64,000 bases of DNA. Origin: an uncultured Desulfarculus sp. (GTDB lineage: Bacteria; Desulfobacterota; Desulfarculia; Desulfarculales; Desulfarculaceae). The notes beneath the pieces were generated by a model that worked only from the letters and a program-made list of their open reading frames with translations, made no database searches and had not been told where the DNA came from. Position numbers and translations under genes: made by a program. The DNA is taken from positions 2,112,001 to 2,176,000 of the forward strand of contig CAXXUK010000001.1 in assembly GCA_963665125.2 (NCBI GenBank), read 5' to 3'. Positions 10,184 to 20,440 of the stretch are shown here, in pieces; positions within the stretch are counted from its first letter, which is position 1; each line of letters begins with the position of its first letter.

Positions 10184-11961
10184 GCGGGTAGAACCAGTGT
10201 AAAGGTCGTGCCGCGTCCCGGCACCGACTCCACCTCGACCCTGCCTCCGTGATTATTGGCGGTGTGTTTGACGATGGCCAGACCGAGCCCGGTCCCCCCC
10301 ATGGATCTTGATCGATCCTTGTCGACCCGGTAGAAGCGTTCAAATATCCTGCGCAGGTGTTCCTCGGCAATGCCGATCCCCGTATCGCTGACTTTAATGT
10401 GCACCTCACCCGCCTGTTTGCTCATGGACAGGCGGACTGTGCCGCCCTTTTCCGTGTATTTGATCGCATTATCCAACAGGTTCATGACCGCCTGCTCCAG
10501 ATGGCGGCGGCTACCCCTGATGGTCAAGTCTTCGCTGGGAATGTTCAGGTCAAGCTCAACGCCGCGCTCATCGGCCAGTTCACCCACGGTGGCCAATACC
10601 GAATCCGCCAGATTTGCCCCGGAAATATCTTCCATCTCCATGGCTTTTTCACCGGATTCCATTGTGGCCAGTTCCAGGAGGTCCTGGGCCAGGCGCTCCA
10701 GGCGAATGGCGTTGCGGGTTATCATCTCGGCAAAGTGCTTGGCATATTGGGGACTGTCCAACGCGCCGCCGAGCAGGGTTTCGGCAGACCCGCGAATCGC
10801 GGTCAGCGGCGTGCGCAGTTCATGCGACACATTGGCCACGAAATCCCGGCGGATCTCTTCCACGCGCTTGCGCTCCGTAAGGTCGTGGAAAACAACCACC
10901 ACCCCCGCCTGGGGCGCGGAATCCGGCAGTCTGACGACCTGGACCTCCAGGAACCGTGATTCGCGGCCAAGGGTGCGAATCTCGGTGGTGGAAAGCAATG
11001 CGCCCTGGCGCACTTGGCTAAGGGCGTCAAGCACCTCGGCGTTGCGAAGAAATTCCGTGATTTGCCTGCCCACGGGCGAAAACGGCAGTTCCAACAGGAC
11101 CTGCAGGGCCTTGTTGGCGACAATCACCTTGCTGTCGCGGTCCAGGACCATCACGCCCTCGACCATTCCGCGCAAGACGGCTTCCAGGCGGTCACGCCCC
11201 TCGGTAATGTCGTCGATTCTGGCTTGCAGGTTGTCGGCCATGCGGTCAAAGGCCCTGCCCAGATCGCCAATTTCGTGGCCAGGATAGCGGCGGAACCGTT
11301 TTTTTAGGTCTCCACCGGCGATTTCGGTGGCTACCGTTGTCATCTCCTTGATGGGCCGGGAAAAACTGCGGGCCACAAGATAGGCCATGCCCAGGGAAAG
11401 CAACGCGCTCAAAAGCGTCGCGCCGACGATCAAGCCCTGCAAACGGCTCAGAACGTCTTTGACATTGGAAAGAGGCAATGCCAGCCGAATGGTCATGCCC
11501 GGCTGCGTGTCGTCCTTGAGCCGCATGGCGGCGTACATTAGGTCGGTATCCAGGGTGGCGCTGTAGCGGATACTGAAACCAAGTCCTTCCTGCAGCGAGT
11601 CCACAACCTCCGGCCGCGAAGCATGGTTGTCCATCTCGCCGACCTTGGCCAAGGCAACGCCGGAATCGCCGACCACGATTCCGTTGCTGTTTATCAGCGT
11701 CACCCGGGCTCCCAGCATGTTGCCCAAATCATCGGCTAGGCCATCGCCGCCAACAAGACCGTCATTTTTCTTATATCGGTCCTTTACCAATTCACTAATC
11801 AGCAACAACTGCTTCGACATGTCTGCTTCGAGTTGGTCTATCATCTCGACCCGCAGCGAACGCTGCAACACGATGGCAACGAACACCAGAGTGCAGATTA
11901 CTACAACAAGACAGCCGGCCAGAAGCCTGCTTTGAAATGTGAAGCGGGTGCGCATAATCAC
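10180..11961 (-). CDS. phoR: Phosphate regulon sensor histidine kinase (HAMP-PAS-HisKA-HATPase)
   Basis: DFVANVSHELRTPLTAIRG, NLLDNAIKYT, IFERFYRVDKDRSR, GGTGLGLAIVKH; pst context. Confidence 0.93.
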   Translation of the reverse strand: MIMRTRFTFQSRLLAGCLVVVICTLVFVAIVLQRSLRVEMIDQLEADMSKQLLLISELVKDRYKKNDGLVGGDGLADDLGNMLGARVTLINSNGIVVGDSGVALAKVGEMDNHASRPEVVDSLQEGLGFSIRYSATLDTDLMYAAMRLKDDTQPGMTIRLALPLSNVKDVLSRLQGLIVGATLLSALLSLGMAYLVARSFSRPIKEMTTVATEIAGGDLKKRFRRYPGHEIGDLGRAFDRMADNLQARIDDITEGRDRLEAVLRGMVEGVMVLDRDSKVIVANKALQVLLELPFSPVGRQITEFLRNAEVLDALSQVRQGALLSTTEIRTLGRESRFLEVQVVRLPDSAPQAGVVVVFHDLTERKRVEEIRRDFVANVSHELRTPLTAIRGSAETLLGGALDSPQYAKHFAEMITRNAIRLERLAQDLLELATMESGEKAMEMEDISGANLADSVLATVGELADERGVELDLNIPSEDLTIRGSRRHLEQAVMNLLDNAIKYTEKGGTVRLSMSKQAGEVHIKVSDTGIGIAEEHLRRIFERFYRVDKDRSRSMGGTGLGLAIVKHTANNHGGRVEVESVPGRGTTFTLVLPA

Positions 11962-12641
11962 TCTCTATACCGGTAGCCGATTCCCCTGACGGTTTCGATA
12001 TTGTCGCTTATTGCTCCAAGTTTCTTGCGTAGACGCCGCACATGGGTGTCGACCGTCCGGGCATAGCCGTCGTATTCATAGCCCCAGACCTGCTCCAATA
12101 GCTGTTGGCGAGTCTGCACCCTTCCGGCGTGGCTGGCCAAATGCTGAAGCAGCTTAAACTCAGTGGCCGTCAGTTGTAAGGGCGTGCCCTGGATCGTTAC
12201 CTCGTAACGGTCAAGGTCGATGGCCAGTTCCTTGAGCTTCAAATGAGAGGCCGGCGCATCCTCGCCCTTCGATCTCCGCAGGATAGCCTTGACCCTAAGC
12301 ACCAGTTCCCTGGGGCTGAATGGTTTTGTCAGGTAGTCGTCGGCGCCCAGTTCAAAGCCGACTATGCGGTCGGTCTCGCTGGCCAGGGCCGTGAGCATCA
12401 ACACCGGAATATGGCGGGTCTTGTCATTTTGCTTCAGGCGGCGGCAGACCTCTTGGCCTTCAAGCCCGGGCAGCATGAGATCCAGGACCAAAAGGTCGGG
12501 TTTTTGCTCGGTGGCCAGCCGCAGGCCGTCCAGACCATTGGCGGCCCTGACAACATCAAAACCGGCTTGACTCAAGTTGAAATCCACCAACTCGAGAATG
12601 TCTTGTTCGTCTTCAACCACCAGAATGGTTGGCGAGTTCAT
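11958..12641 (-). CDS. phoB: OmpR/PhoB-family response regulator
   Basis: ILVVEDE, LDLMLP, GADDYLTKPF, RTVDTHVRRLRKKL; ATG 12641 with GGAG RBS. Confidence 0.92.
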   Translation of the reverse strand: MNSPTILVVEDEQDILELVDFNLSQAGFDVVRAANGLDGLRLATEQKPDLLVLDLMLPGLEGQEVCRRLKQNDKTRHIPVLMLTALASETDRIVGFELGADDYLTKPFSPRELVLRVKAILRRSKGEDAPASHLKLKELAIDLDRYEVTIQGTPLQLTATEFKLLQHLASHAGRVQTRQQLLEQVWGYEYDGYARTVDTHVRRLRKKLGAISDNIETVRGIGYRYRE

Positions 12642-12829
12642 CTTCAACTCCATCGGCAAAGACGCATGCGGCGATAACCGGCCAAGCTAACAATGCCAGG
12701 CCATCGGTACGCCGCCAAACCGGCCCCAGGGGAAAAACCGATGACCGGGCTCCGCCCATATTAGCACCTCGAACCCGGTCAACTCAGCTTTGTTTGTCCA
12801 CAACCGGCGCATTGCCTTTATTGATTCTA

Positions 12830-13513
12830 TTAAAGGGGCCCCACGGAAACGTCATTTTCGCCGCCGTGGCGAACGATCCTGCCCTCAACCAGGAAAAACG
12901 CTTCTTCCGCGATATTGGTCGCTTCGTCGCCGATGCGCTCCAGATGCCGCGAAGCCAGGATGTATTCCACGCCGCGCCGGATCAGGCGATGTTCGTCGGT
13001 CATCCACTGCAGCATTTCCTCAAGAAATACGCGGTAGAGCGTATCCAGATCGTCATCGCGCTTGATGACCTTGCCAGCCAGTTCCAGGTCCTCGCGCAGG
13101 AAGGCATCCAAGGCGCTGGCGGTCATGTCCCTGGCTATGTCGCCCATGGTCAGAATAGTTGTGGGCACCGTGGTCGGGTGCAGTTCGCAGATGGCCAGGG
13201 CGCGCTGGGCTATATTGACGGCCTGGTCGCCCATGCGCTCTAAAAAGGTGCAGACTTTCAGCGCCGAGGCCAGGAAACGCAAATCCACCGCCACGGGCTG
13301 CTGGGTGGCCAATAACGTCAGGCATGCCCGGTCCAGGGCGTTTTCCATCAAATCGATACGCCTGTCGCCGGTGATGATTTCCTGGGCCTTGGCGGTGTCC
13401 CTGTTGGCCAGCGAATCAATGGAGCCGTAGAGGGCCTGCTCGACCAATCCGGCCATCTTTACCAGGTCTTCCTTTACCTGCTGCATCTGCCTGTGAAACT
13501 GGGTGACACTCAT
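12830..13513 (-). CDS. phoU: Phosphate signalling protein PhoU
   Basis: QQPVAVDLR, LERMGDQAVNIA, LERIGDEATNIAE. Confidence 0.96.
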   Translation of the reverse strand: MSVTQFHRQMQQVKEDLVKMAGLVEQALYGSIDSLANRDTAKAQEIITGDRRIDLMENALDRACLTLLATQQPVAVDLRFLASALKVCTFLERMGDQAVNIAQRALAICELHPTTVPTTILTMGDIARDMTASALDAFLREDLELAGKVIKRDDDLDTLYRVFLEEMLQWMTDEHRLIRRGVEYILASRHLERIGDEATNIAEEAFFLVEGRIVRHGGENDVSVGPL

Positions 13514-13571
13514 ATACAGTCACTTTCCATATATTTTGATATCAAACACGGCCTTATGACAATTTGGCGGC

Positions 13572-14336
13572 TTAGCCAAAACGGCCGGTTATGTACTGTT
13601 CAGTCCTCTGCTGTTCAGGCCTGGTGAAGATCGTCTCAGTGGAGCCCATTTCCACCAACTGTCCCATGTAGAAAAAGGCTGTCTTATCGGAGACGCGGGC
13701 GGCCTGCTGCATGTTGTGGGTCACGATGACGACGGTATAGTCGTCACGCAATTGCCCCACCAATTCCTCTATCCTGGCAGTGGCTATCGGGTCAAGTGCG
13801 CTGGTGGGCTCGTCCATCAAAAGCACCTCGGGCTGGACGGCCAGGGCCCGGGCGATGCACAGGCGCTGTTGCTGGCCGCCGCTGAGGGCCAACGCCGAGT
13901 TTTGCAGGATGTCACTGACCTCATCCCACAGGGCCGCCGACTTCAGCGACTGCTCCACCAGGCTGTCCAACTCGTTCTTGTTTTTAATACCGATCAACCG
14001 GGCGCCATAAGCCACATTCTCGTAAATAGACTTGGGGAACGGGTTTGGCTTCTGAAAAACCATGCCCACCCTGCGCCTGAGGTGAACCGGATCGACGTCG
14101 GGCCCGTAGATGTCTTGTCCGTCAAGCAGAACGCTGCCTTCCACCCTGGTGCCGGGAATCAGGTCGTTCATCCTGTTGAACAGGCGCAGATAGGTGGACT
14201 TGCCGCAACCGGACGGCCCGATTAGCGCCGTGACCTTCTTGCTGGTGATGTCCATGTTGACGTCGGCCAAGGCACAGTGTTTTCCATAATAGAAATTCAG
14301 GTTCTTGACTTCGATAACGATTTTTTTGTCTACCAT
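13572..14336 (-). CDS. pstB: Phosphate ABC transporter ATPase
   Basis: [43 protein letters not shown]. Confidence 0.98.
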   Translation of the reverse strand: MVDKKIVIEVKNLNFYYGKHCALADVNMDITSKKVTALIGPSGCGKSTYLRLFNRMNDLIPGTRVEGSVLLDGQDIYGPDVDPVHLRRRVGMVFQKPNPFPKSIYENVAYGARLIGIKNKNELDSLVEQSLKSAALWDEVSDILQNSALALSGGQQQRLCIARALAVQPEVLLMDEPTSALDPIATARIEELVGQLRDDYTVVIVTHNMQQAARVSDKTAFFYMGQLVEMGSTETIFTRPEQQRTEQYITGRFG

Positions 14337-15202
14337 TTTCTTTTCTTACGCATTCTGGTGCGGATAATCACGGCAACCATGCTCAGGCCCAACACCAGGG
14401 CGATGAGCACCAGCACCGTACCGTATTGCAGGGGCCTGGTCTGTTCTATATGCGTGCCGGCCGTGGCCAGAACGTAGATGTGGTAAGGCAGGGCCATGAC
14501 TTCATCAAGGGGCGAACCCGGCAGATGCAAGGTATAGAAGGTGACCGCAGTGAACATGATCGGCGCTGTTTCACCGGCCGCCCGGCCAAGCGCCAGAATG
14601 CTGCCGGTGAGGATGCCCGGCAGGGCCGCGGGCAGGACAACCTTGTAGATCGTCTCCCAGCGGGTGGCTCCCAAGGCCAAGGAGGCCTCGCGGAATGTTT
14701 GGGGAACCTGCCTCAATGCTTCTTCCGTTGCGCCGATAACCGTGGGCAGCACCAGCAGGCCCAGAGTCAGCGAACCAGCCGCGATGCTAACGCCCATCTT
14801 GAAATAAACTACAAACAGGGCCAGGCCGAACAGGCCGAAAACCACGCTGGGCACGCCGGCAAGGTTCTGGATACCCAGCCTGATGACATCGAGCATACGG
14901 CCTTCCCTGGCGTATTCGCTCAAGTATATGGAGGCGGCCACGCCCAGGGGCAGCGCCACCAATAGCGCGCCCATGGTCAGATATAGTGTTCCGACGATTG
15001 CAGGGAAGATGCCGCCTTGAGTCATCGCCTCCCTGGGGGCCTCGGTCAGGAATTCCCAACTAATGGCCGATGCGCCCTGATACAGCAGGAAAAACACGAT
15101 ACCGCCCAGGGTGCCCAGCACAATCAGCACGGCCAAACGGAGTGTGCCAAAGGCCATCTTTTCCCGCAGCTTACGGCCGGCCAATGAAGATTTACCTGTC
15201 AT
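14330..15202 (-). CDS. pstA: Phosphate ABC transporter permease
   Basis: [32 protein letters not shown]. Confidence 0.96.
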   Translation of the reverse strand: MTGKSSLAGRKLREKMAFGTLRLAVLIVLGTLGGIVFFLLYQGASAISWEFLTEAPREAMTQGGIFPAIVGTLYLTMGALLVALPLGVAASIYLSEYAREGRMLDVIRLGIQNLAGVPSVVFGLFGLALFVVYFKMGVSIAAGSLTLGLLVLPTVIGATEEALRQVPQTFREASLALGATRWETIYKVVLPAALPGILTGSILALGRAAGETAPIMFTAVTFYTLHLPGSPLDEVMALPYHIYVLATAGTHIEQTRPLQYGTVLVLIALVLGLSMVAVIIRTRMRKKRKW

Positions 15203-16173
15203 AACGTCGACGCACCCTTCTGTTGGTATTTCTTACTGAACCACGCGGCCACCAGGTTGAAGCCAAGGGTCATCAGAAACAATACGATACCGATGGCAAA
15301 AAGCGCGTAGTAGTGATCGGAGTCCACCGGCGTTTCGCCCATTTCCGCGGCAATTGTCGATGGCATGGGCCTCACCGAGTCAAAGATGCTGGTGGGAATC
15401 TGCGCCGCGCCGCCGGCCACCATCAGCACGACCATTGTCTCGCCCATGGCCCGGCTCATCCCCAGGATCACCGAGGTGCCGATGCCGCTGAGCGCCGCAG
15501 GGACCTGCACCTTGCGCATGGTCTCCCAGCGGGTGGCACCCAACGCCAGCGAGGCTTCCTTTAAGTCACCCGGCACGGCGCGCATGGCGTCTTCGCTGAT
15601 GCTTGTGATGGTGGGGATTGCCATGATGGCCAGCATCAGCGATGCGCTGAGGATATTGAGGCCCGTGGGTATGTCGAGCCATTCCTGCAACAGCGGCGCA
15701 ATTATTACCATGCCGACGAAGCCCAGGACGACCGAAGGCAGGCTGGCCAGCAGTTCAACGCCCGGCTTGATGATCTCCCTGGCCTTGCTGCCGGCCACTT
15801 CACCGATATACAAGGCGGCGCCCACGCCCAACGGCACGGCGATGAGGGAGGAAACGATCGTTACGGAAATTGAACCGACGATGAGAGGAAGGATACCCAG
15901 GTCCGGCGGGTCGTAGGTTGGATACCAGTATTGCCCGAACAGAAAATCCGTAACGTTAACAGCGCCCAGTATCCCCACGCCCTCGGAAAACAGGAACAGG
16001 ACTATCAGCCCCATTACTATCAACGAAAACAGACCGCAAAATACAAAGAACCTGCGTATCCAGACCTCACGCTCCGGACCGCCGGAAGACTTGATTGAAG
16101 CCACCGGAACGCCCCGCGTTTTCTCCGCTGTACCACTCACGTCAGCAGCCTCGGCTTGGGAAATCGTTGTCAT
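15199..16173 (-). CDS. pstC: Phosphate ABC transporter permease
   Basis: [34 protein letters not shown]. Confidence 0.96.
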   Translation of the reverse strand: MTTISQAEAADVSGTAEKTRGVPVASIKSSGGPEREVWIRRFFVFCGLFSLIVMGLIVLFLFSEGVGILGAVNVTDFLFGQYWYPTYDPPDLGILPLIVGSISVTIVSSLIAVPLGVGAALYIGEVAGSKAREIIKPGVELLASLPSVVLGFVGMVIIAPLLQEWLDIPTGLNILSASLMLAIMAIPTITSISEDAMRAVPGDLKEASLALGATRWETMRKVQVPAALSGIGTSVILGMSRAMGETMVVLMVAGGAAQIPTSIFDSVRPMPSTIAAEMGETPVDSDHYYALFAIGIVLFLMTLGFNLVAAWFSKKYQQKGASTL

Positions 16174-16242
16174 CTATATCTCCAGCTACATAGCCACATC
16201 GCTTTTTCGAAGGCAATTTTGCCCTGGCCTGATTTCACCAAG

Positions 16243-16271
16243 GTGACCGAATTGTTACATTCGCGTTACGG
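16243..16271 (-). promoter_or_regulatory. Pho-box array upstream of pstC
   Basis: On - strand CCGTAAC-gcga-ATGTAAC-aatt-CGGTCAC: three GT(A/C)AC units at 11-bp period. Confidence 0.75.
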
Positions 16272-16273
16272 GC

Positions 16274-16311
16274 AATAAAAAACCCCCGAGCCATTGGCTC
16301 GGGGGTTTATT
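16274..16311 (-). terminator. Rho-independent terminator after the porin gene
   Basis: AAACCCCCGAGCCA-t-TGGCTCGGGGGTTT perfect stem with U-tract on the - strand. Confidence 0.85.
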
Positions 16312-16345
16312 CGACCTTAAGGTCTATTCCAGAAGCTAACCTAGA

Positions 16346-17593
16346 CTAGAACTTGAAGACACAGTCCAGGAAGAAGGTCTGGAAGGAGTTGGTAGCGCCC
16401 TGAATGTCGTCGTCGACGTTCTGGCCGTCGAAGTAGGACAGGGTGAAGCTGCCGTACTTCCAAGGCTTGTAGCTCAGAGCCACGACGAAGGCCTCGGTGT
16501 TGACGTAGCCGGAGTCGCTGTCGGCGATGAAGCCGGGGGTAGAGTCGGCTTCAACATACTTGTACCAGAAGTCCAGACCGAACTCGGCGTAGGTGGCGCC
16601 GACACCGGCACCCCAAGCGGTGTCCTTCTCGCTGTAAGGACCATCGGCATCGGCGTTGTTCAGGTAGTGGGCCCAAGCGTGGACATCGCCCTTGTCGTTG
16701 TAGGCAAAGCTACCCTTGGCAACGAAGTCCCACACCTTGAAGTTGGTGGTGCGGACGTCGCCATCGGCGTTGGTGTAAACCGGGGTCTTGTGCTGGTTCG
16801 GAGCGAGGTAACCGGGGTTACCCAGGTCCTGCCAGTCGGTGTAGGCAGCGGCCACGACATACTTCATGGCGCCGGCCTCGCCCTTGACACCGGCCTGAGC
16901 GGCGTAGGCGTACAGGTTGTCAGAGGCTTCGCCAGCCTGCTCGACGACCAGGATGGTGCCCAACAGGAAGGGCTGGAAGGTGCCCTTCTTGTTGAAGGTC
17001 AGGTTCAGGAAGGCACCCTCGGGAACCACGTCGCCGTCCCAGATCACCTTGGTGGTGACGAAGGGATTCTTGGCCTTACCGACGGTCAGGTCAGCGATCT
17101 TCTCGGGGATGAAGCCCGGGGTCCACTTGACGTAGGCCTGGTCGACGCCCCAGCTGGTGAACTCGGCGAAGTAGTTGCCGTTGGTCTGGTTGGTGCTGGT
17201 GGGGTCGTCGTCGGAACCGGTAGCCATGCGCAGGCCGACCTCGACGTCCTCATGAATCTGGCTTTTCACGCCGAAGCGCAGGCGGGTGCGCAGACGGTCC
17301 TTGCCGTCTTTGGAACTGCCCTTGAACGAATCGTAGCTGGTGGATTCCCAGCGCAGGCGCAGGTCGCCGAAGAACTTCATGCGCTCGACCCAACCGGGAA
17401 GCTTGGCTTCCTGGGCCGGAGCGGCTTGGGTGGCCTGAACTTGCTGGAGGTCAGTCTTCAGCGTGTTGAGAGTGCTCTCCAGAGCCTTGATTTTGGCCTC
17501 GAGGTCGGCCTGAGTAGCGGCGCTTGCGACGCTAAAGCTCAGGGCCAGGCTCAAAGCCACGGCGGTTACGCCGATCACCTTGAATAATTTCAT
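16346..17593 (-). CDS. Putative outer-membrane porin in the pst operon
   Basis: Signal peptide, N-terminal coiled coil, FFGDLRLRWE / RTRLRFG / DDPTSTNQT, C-terminal Phe. Confidence 0.85.
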   Translation of the reverse strand: MKLFKVIGVTAVALSLALSFSVASAATQADLEAKIKALESTLNTLKTDLQQVQATQAAPAQEAKLPGWVERMKFFGDLRLRWESTSYDSFKGSSKDGKDRLRTRLRFGVKSQIHEDVEVGLRMATGSDDDPTSTNQTNGNYFAEFTSWGVDQAYVKWTPGFIPEKIADLTVGKAKNPFVTTKVIWDGDVVPEGAFLNLTFNKKGTFQPFLLGTILVVEQAGEASDNLYAYAAQAGVKGEAGAMKYVVAAAYTDWQDLGNPGYLAPNQHKTPVYTNADGDVRTTNFKVWDFVAKGSFAYNDKGDVHAWAHYLNNADADGPYSEKDTAWGAGVGATYAEFGLDFWYKYVEADSTPGFIADSDSGYVNTEAFVVALSYKPWKYGSFTLSYFDGQNVDDDIQGATNSFQTFFLDCVFKF

Positions 17594-17727
17594 TGTCCCT
17601 TTTTCTCCTTAACCAATTTGTTTCCAACCCTATCTTATTTGCCCTATCCGACGGCATAGGGGGACCGCCGGATTGAGCAAAGTATAATTGCTATGGTCAT
17701 ATCGGGCAAGTGACGCTGGTGGTTTTT

Positions 17728-18555
17728 TTAGCGAGCGGCCACAAAACCCTCTTCGACCGCAATCTGCTGGCCCTTGGAACCCATGACGAAATCCAGGAAG
17801 GCCTTGACGGCGCCGGCGGGCTCACCATTGGTGTACATGTACAGTTCGCGGCTGACCGGGTATTTGCCGGTGCGGGCGGTCTCGGCGTTGGCCTCGATGC
17901 CATTGACCTTCAGACCAACCAGGTCCTTGTTCAGGTAGCCGATGCCGACGTAGCCGATGGCGTACTTGTTGCTGGTCACGGCCTGGGCCACGGCGCCGTT
18001 GCTGGCCTGGAGCTGGGCGTCGGGACGCACGCGTTCCTTCTTGAGCACCAGATGGTTCCAAACCTCGAACGTACCGGAGCTGCTGTCGCGGCTGATCACG
18101 ACGACGGGGCTGTCGGAACCGCCGACCTCGTTCCAGTTCTTGACCTTACCGGTATAGATATCCTTCAACTGCTCCAGGGTAAGTTCCTTAACGGTATTTT
18201 TGGGGTTTACGATGGGAACGATGCAGTCCAGGGCCACCACATGCTGAACCAGCTTGACGCCCTTGGTGTCGGCCAGCTTGATTTCCTTGTCCTTGGCGGC
18301 GCGGGAAGCGTCGGCGATGTCGATGGTGCCTTCGATGAGGGCCTTGATGCCGTCACCGGAACCGGTGCCGGAAACGCTGATATTTACGGCATCCGCGTTC
18401 ATTTTCATGTAGACCTCGGCGGCCTTCTGGGCGATGGGCAGCACGGTGGTGGAACCGCTGATGCTGATTTTGTCGGCGGCCAGAGCGGCGCCGCCGATGA
18501 CCATCATGCCGGCCACGGCCATGCAAATAAGGGCCTTGAACATTCTTTTACTCAT
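17728..18555 (-). CDS. pstS: Phosphate ABC transporter substrate-binding protein
   Basis: ISGSTTVLPI, GSGDGIKAL, SRDSSSGT, YPVSRELY; ATG 18555 with AGGAG RBS. Confidence 0.96.
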   Translation of the reverse strand: MSKRMFKALICMAVAGMMVIGGAALAADKISISGSTTVLPIAQKAAEVYMKMNADAVNISVSGTGSGDGIKALIEGTIDIADASRAAKDKEIKLADTKGVKLVQHVVALDCIVPIVNPKNTVKELTLEQLKDIYTGKVKNWNEVGGSDSPVVVISRDSSSGTFEVWNHLVLKKERVRPDAQLQASNGAVAQAVTSNKYAIGYVGIGYLNKDLVGLKVNGIEANAETARTGKYPVSRELYMYTNGEPAGAVKAFLDFVMGSKGQQIAVEEGFVAAR

Positions 18556-18633
18556 TTTTCGAATTCTCCTTCGATTGTTTGCGACAAACCGGCCGCCCAA
18601 ACCATCATGGGCGAGCCAATAAGGTTTGGCGCA

Positions 18634-18667
18634 ACAATAGGCCATCTTTGTTACAGCCCGGTTACGG
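18634..18667 (-). promoter_or_regulatory. Pho-box promoter of pstS
   Basis: On - strand CCGTAAC-cggg-CTGTAAC (11-bp period), then TATTGT -10 element 10 nt downstream. Confidence 0.75.
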
Positions 18668-18715
18668 GGTCAAGGCAATTTGTTTGCATCGAAACAACGA
18701 GGAAGAATCAGGGAA

Positions 18716-19294
18716 TTAATTGGCTTTGCCAATCAATTGCGGCCAATCGAGAGTGTATCCCAAGTGCACTTGAATACTGTTGATTCCGTAGTTTCTTTCA
18801 TCGAGGCCGGCGTTGCTGATGTGTCTTAGGCGCAGGCCGCACTCCAGCCAGGCGCCGTCATCCAAGTTGATGCCCAGGCCGGCGCCGACGAAATTCAGAA
18901 AATTGAGCCAGGTGCCCTGCTCGGGAACGCCAAGGGCTTCAAGAGCCGGGCCTGAGCCAAGCTCCAGGTAGGGCGTGATGCCGTCCAGAGGGATATTTCC
19001 CCGCAAGACGGCGACCATGGCCGCCTCCATGCCCACGGTTTCGTTGTACCAGCCGTTGGTTTGCAACTCTGCCCGGAGGTCGATATTCCACTCCTCGAAA
19101 TCGAAAGCCCGCCACTGGACGTCCATCATCAGGCCCAAAGAGCGGAGGTCACGGCCATGTTCGAGATCGACATCCGCTCCGTTGGAAAAGGCGAATCCAC
19201 CGCTCTGGGGTCTTGGAGGCCAGGCCAGCGCCTGGGGGCAGATTGTCAGCATCATCAGCAAAAGCGGTAAAAAAAGCCTTTTCAAACTGGCCAT
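18716..19294 (-). CDS. Acyloxyacyl hydrolase / PagL-like lipid A 3-O-deacylase beta-barrel
   Basis: Signal peptide; PYLELGSG and RLRHISNAGL..NYGIN catalytic H-x-S motif. Confidence 0.8.
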   Translation of the reverse strand: MASLKRLFLPLLLMMLTICPQALAWPPRPQSGGFAFSNGADVDLEHGRDLRSLGLMMDVQWRAFDFEEWNIDLRAELQTNGWYNETVGMEAAMVAVLRGNIPLDGITPYLELGSGPALEALGVPEQGTWLNFLNFVGAGLGINLDDGAWLECGLRLRHISNAGLDERNYGINSIQVHLGYTLDWPQLIGKAN

Positions 19295-20289
19295 GATCTA
19301 TATGTCGCCTCCATATCAGCAGCTGCCGGAACATTGGGAAGTGATTTCGCGCTGCGCACCGCGTCCCAAACGGCCAGCTGGACCAGTCTGGCCGCCATTA
19401 CGCCCAGGCCCACGGGGTCAGCGGGCACCTGGCCGTTGGACAATACGCAAACAAGGTCGCCGTCCACTTCGGACATGCACGGTTCGATACAGCGGGCAAA
19501 GCCGGTCTGGGCCGCCGCCGCTATTTTGAACGCCGCAAGCTTGTCGAGAGCGGCGTTGGTGCTGATTACGGCCAAGGTGGTGTTTTGCGGCGCCGTGACT
19601 GGCACCCATTGGGCGCCGCTCATGAAAAAGGCCCCTGCATCGAGAAATTCTCTGGAATCCGGCCCCTTTCTAGATCCCGCGATTATCCTACCCTGGGCGT
19701 CGATAATATCACCAAAGGCATTGACGACCGCAAGGGCCCCCATGTGGATGTCACCTATCCGTAACGAAGCGCCGCCTACCCCGCCCTTGCAGGCTCCGGC
19801 CAGGCCCAGCAACTTGCCCACCGTCGCCCCGGTGCCCGCGCCCACATTGCCGCGCTCCATATATCCGGCCTTGGCGTTGTCACAGGCTTGCCAGCCCATT
19901 TCCGGCCCGGGCCGTGTCTTGGCGCCGGTGATGGGCAGGTCAAAGATGACCGCGGCGGGCATGCTGGGCACCCGGTAGGGCCCGGCCTGGTTGCCCAGTC
20001 CCCGTTCCTCCAGCCATTTCAGCGCGCCGTCGCTTGCCGACAGCCCGAAGGTGGAGCCGCCGGTAAAAAAAACGCCCTGGACCTTGCGCACCACATGCTC
20101 GGGCTTGAGTCCGTCCATGCCCCTGGTCCCCGTGGCCCAGCCGCCCATGGCCACACCGCCCACCGCGCCCTCGGGGCACAATACGGCCGTGCATCCGGTT
20201 GGCCCTTGTTCATCGGTGGCGTGACCCACCATGAAGCCGGGGACATCGCCGGGCGATCCGAGTGTGTTCAACATCACATCATTAGTCAC
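19282..20289 (-). CDS. P1/S58 (DmpA-like) peptidase
   Basis: VGHATD..TGCT, TGGSTFGL, GNVGAGTGA, VVNAFGD, NTTL autocleavage site. Confidence 0.88.
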   Translation of the reverse strand: MTNDVMLNTLGSPGDVPGFMVGHATDEQGPTGCTAVLCPEGAVGGVAMGGWATGTRGMDGLKPEHVVRKVQGVFFTGGSTFGLSASDGALKWLEERGLGNQAGPYRVPSMPAAVIFDLPITGAKTRPGPEMGWQACDNAKAGYMERGNVGAGTGATVGKLLGLAGACKGGVGGASLRIGDIHMGALAVVNAFGDIIDAQGRIIAGSRKGPDSREFLDAGAFFMSGAQWVPVTAPQNTTLAVISTNAALDKLAAFKIAAAAQTGFARCIEPCMSEVDGDLVCVLSNGQVPADPVGLGVMAARLVQLAVWDAVRSAKSLPNVPAAADMEATYRSWPV

Positions 20290-20440
20290 TTGAACTTTTC
20301 CCCTGAAAATGTTGATACTCTATATAATTCATCTTTCATGTCAATACGGCATATGGCAGTGTTTGACATTGACCGCCGATTGGGCAATGCTAGTACTAGC
20401 TGTATGGCTGGCTAGCACGCAATACCGGCAAGGAGACCAG

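Noticed and set aside
12743..12780. Hairpin containing GGTTCGA on the - strand between phoU and phoB (tRNA-like?)
   Set aside because: Only a single stem (GACCGGG...CCCGGTC); no cloverleaf or CCA end
18716..20289. PagL-like and P1 peptidase genes as members of the Pho regulon
   Set aside because: The Pho boxes lie downstream of them, before pstS, and none was seen upstream of 20289
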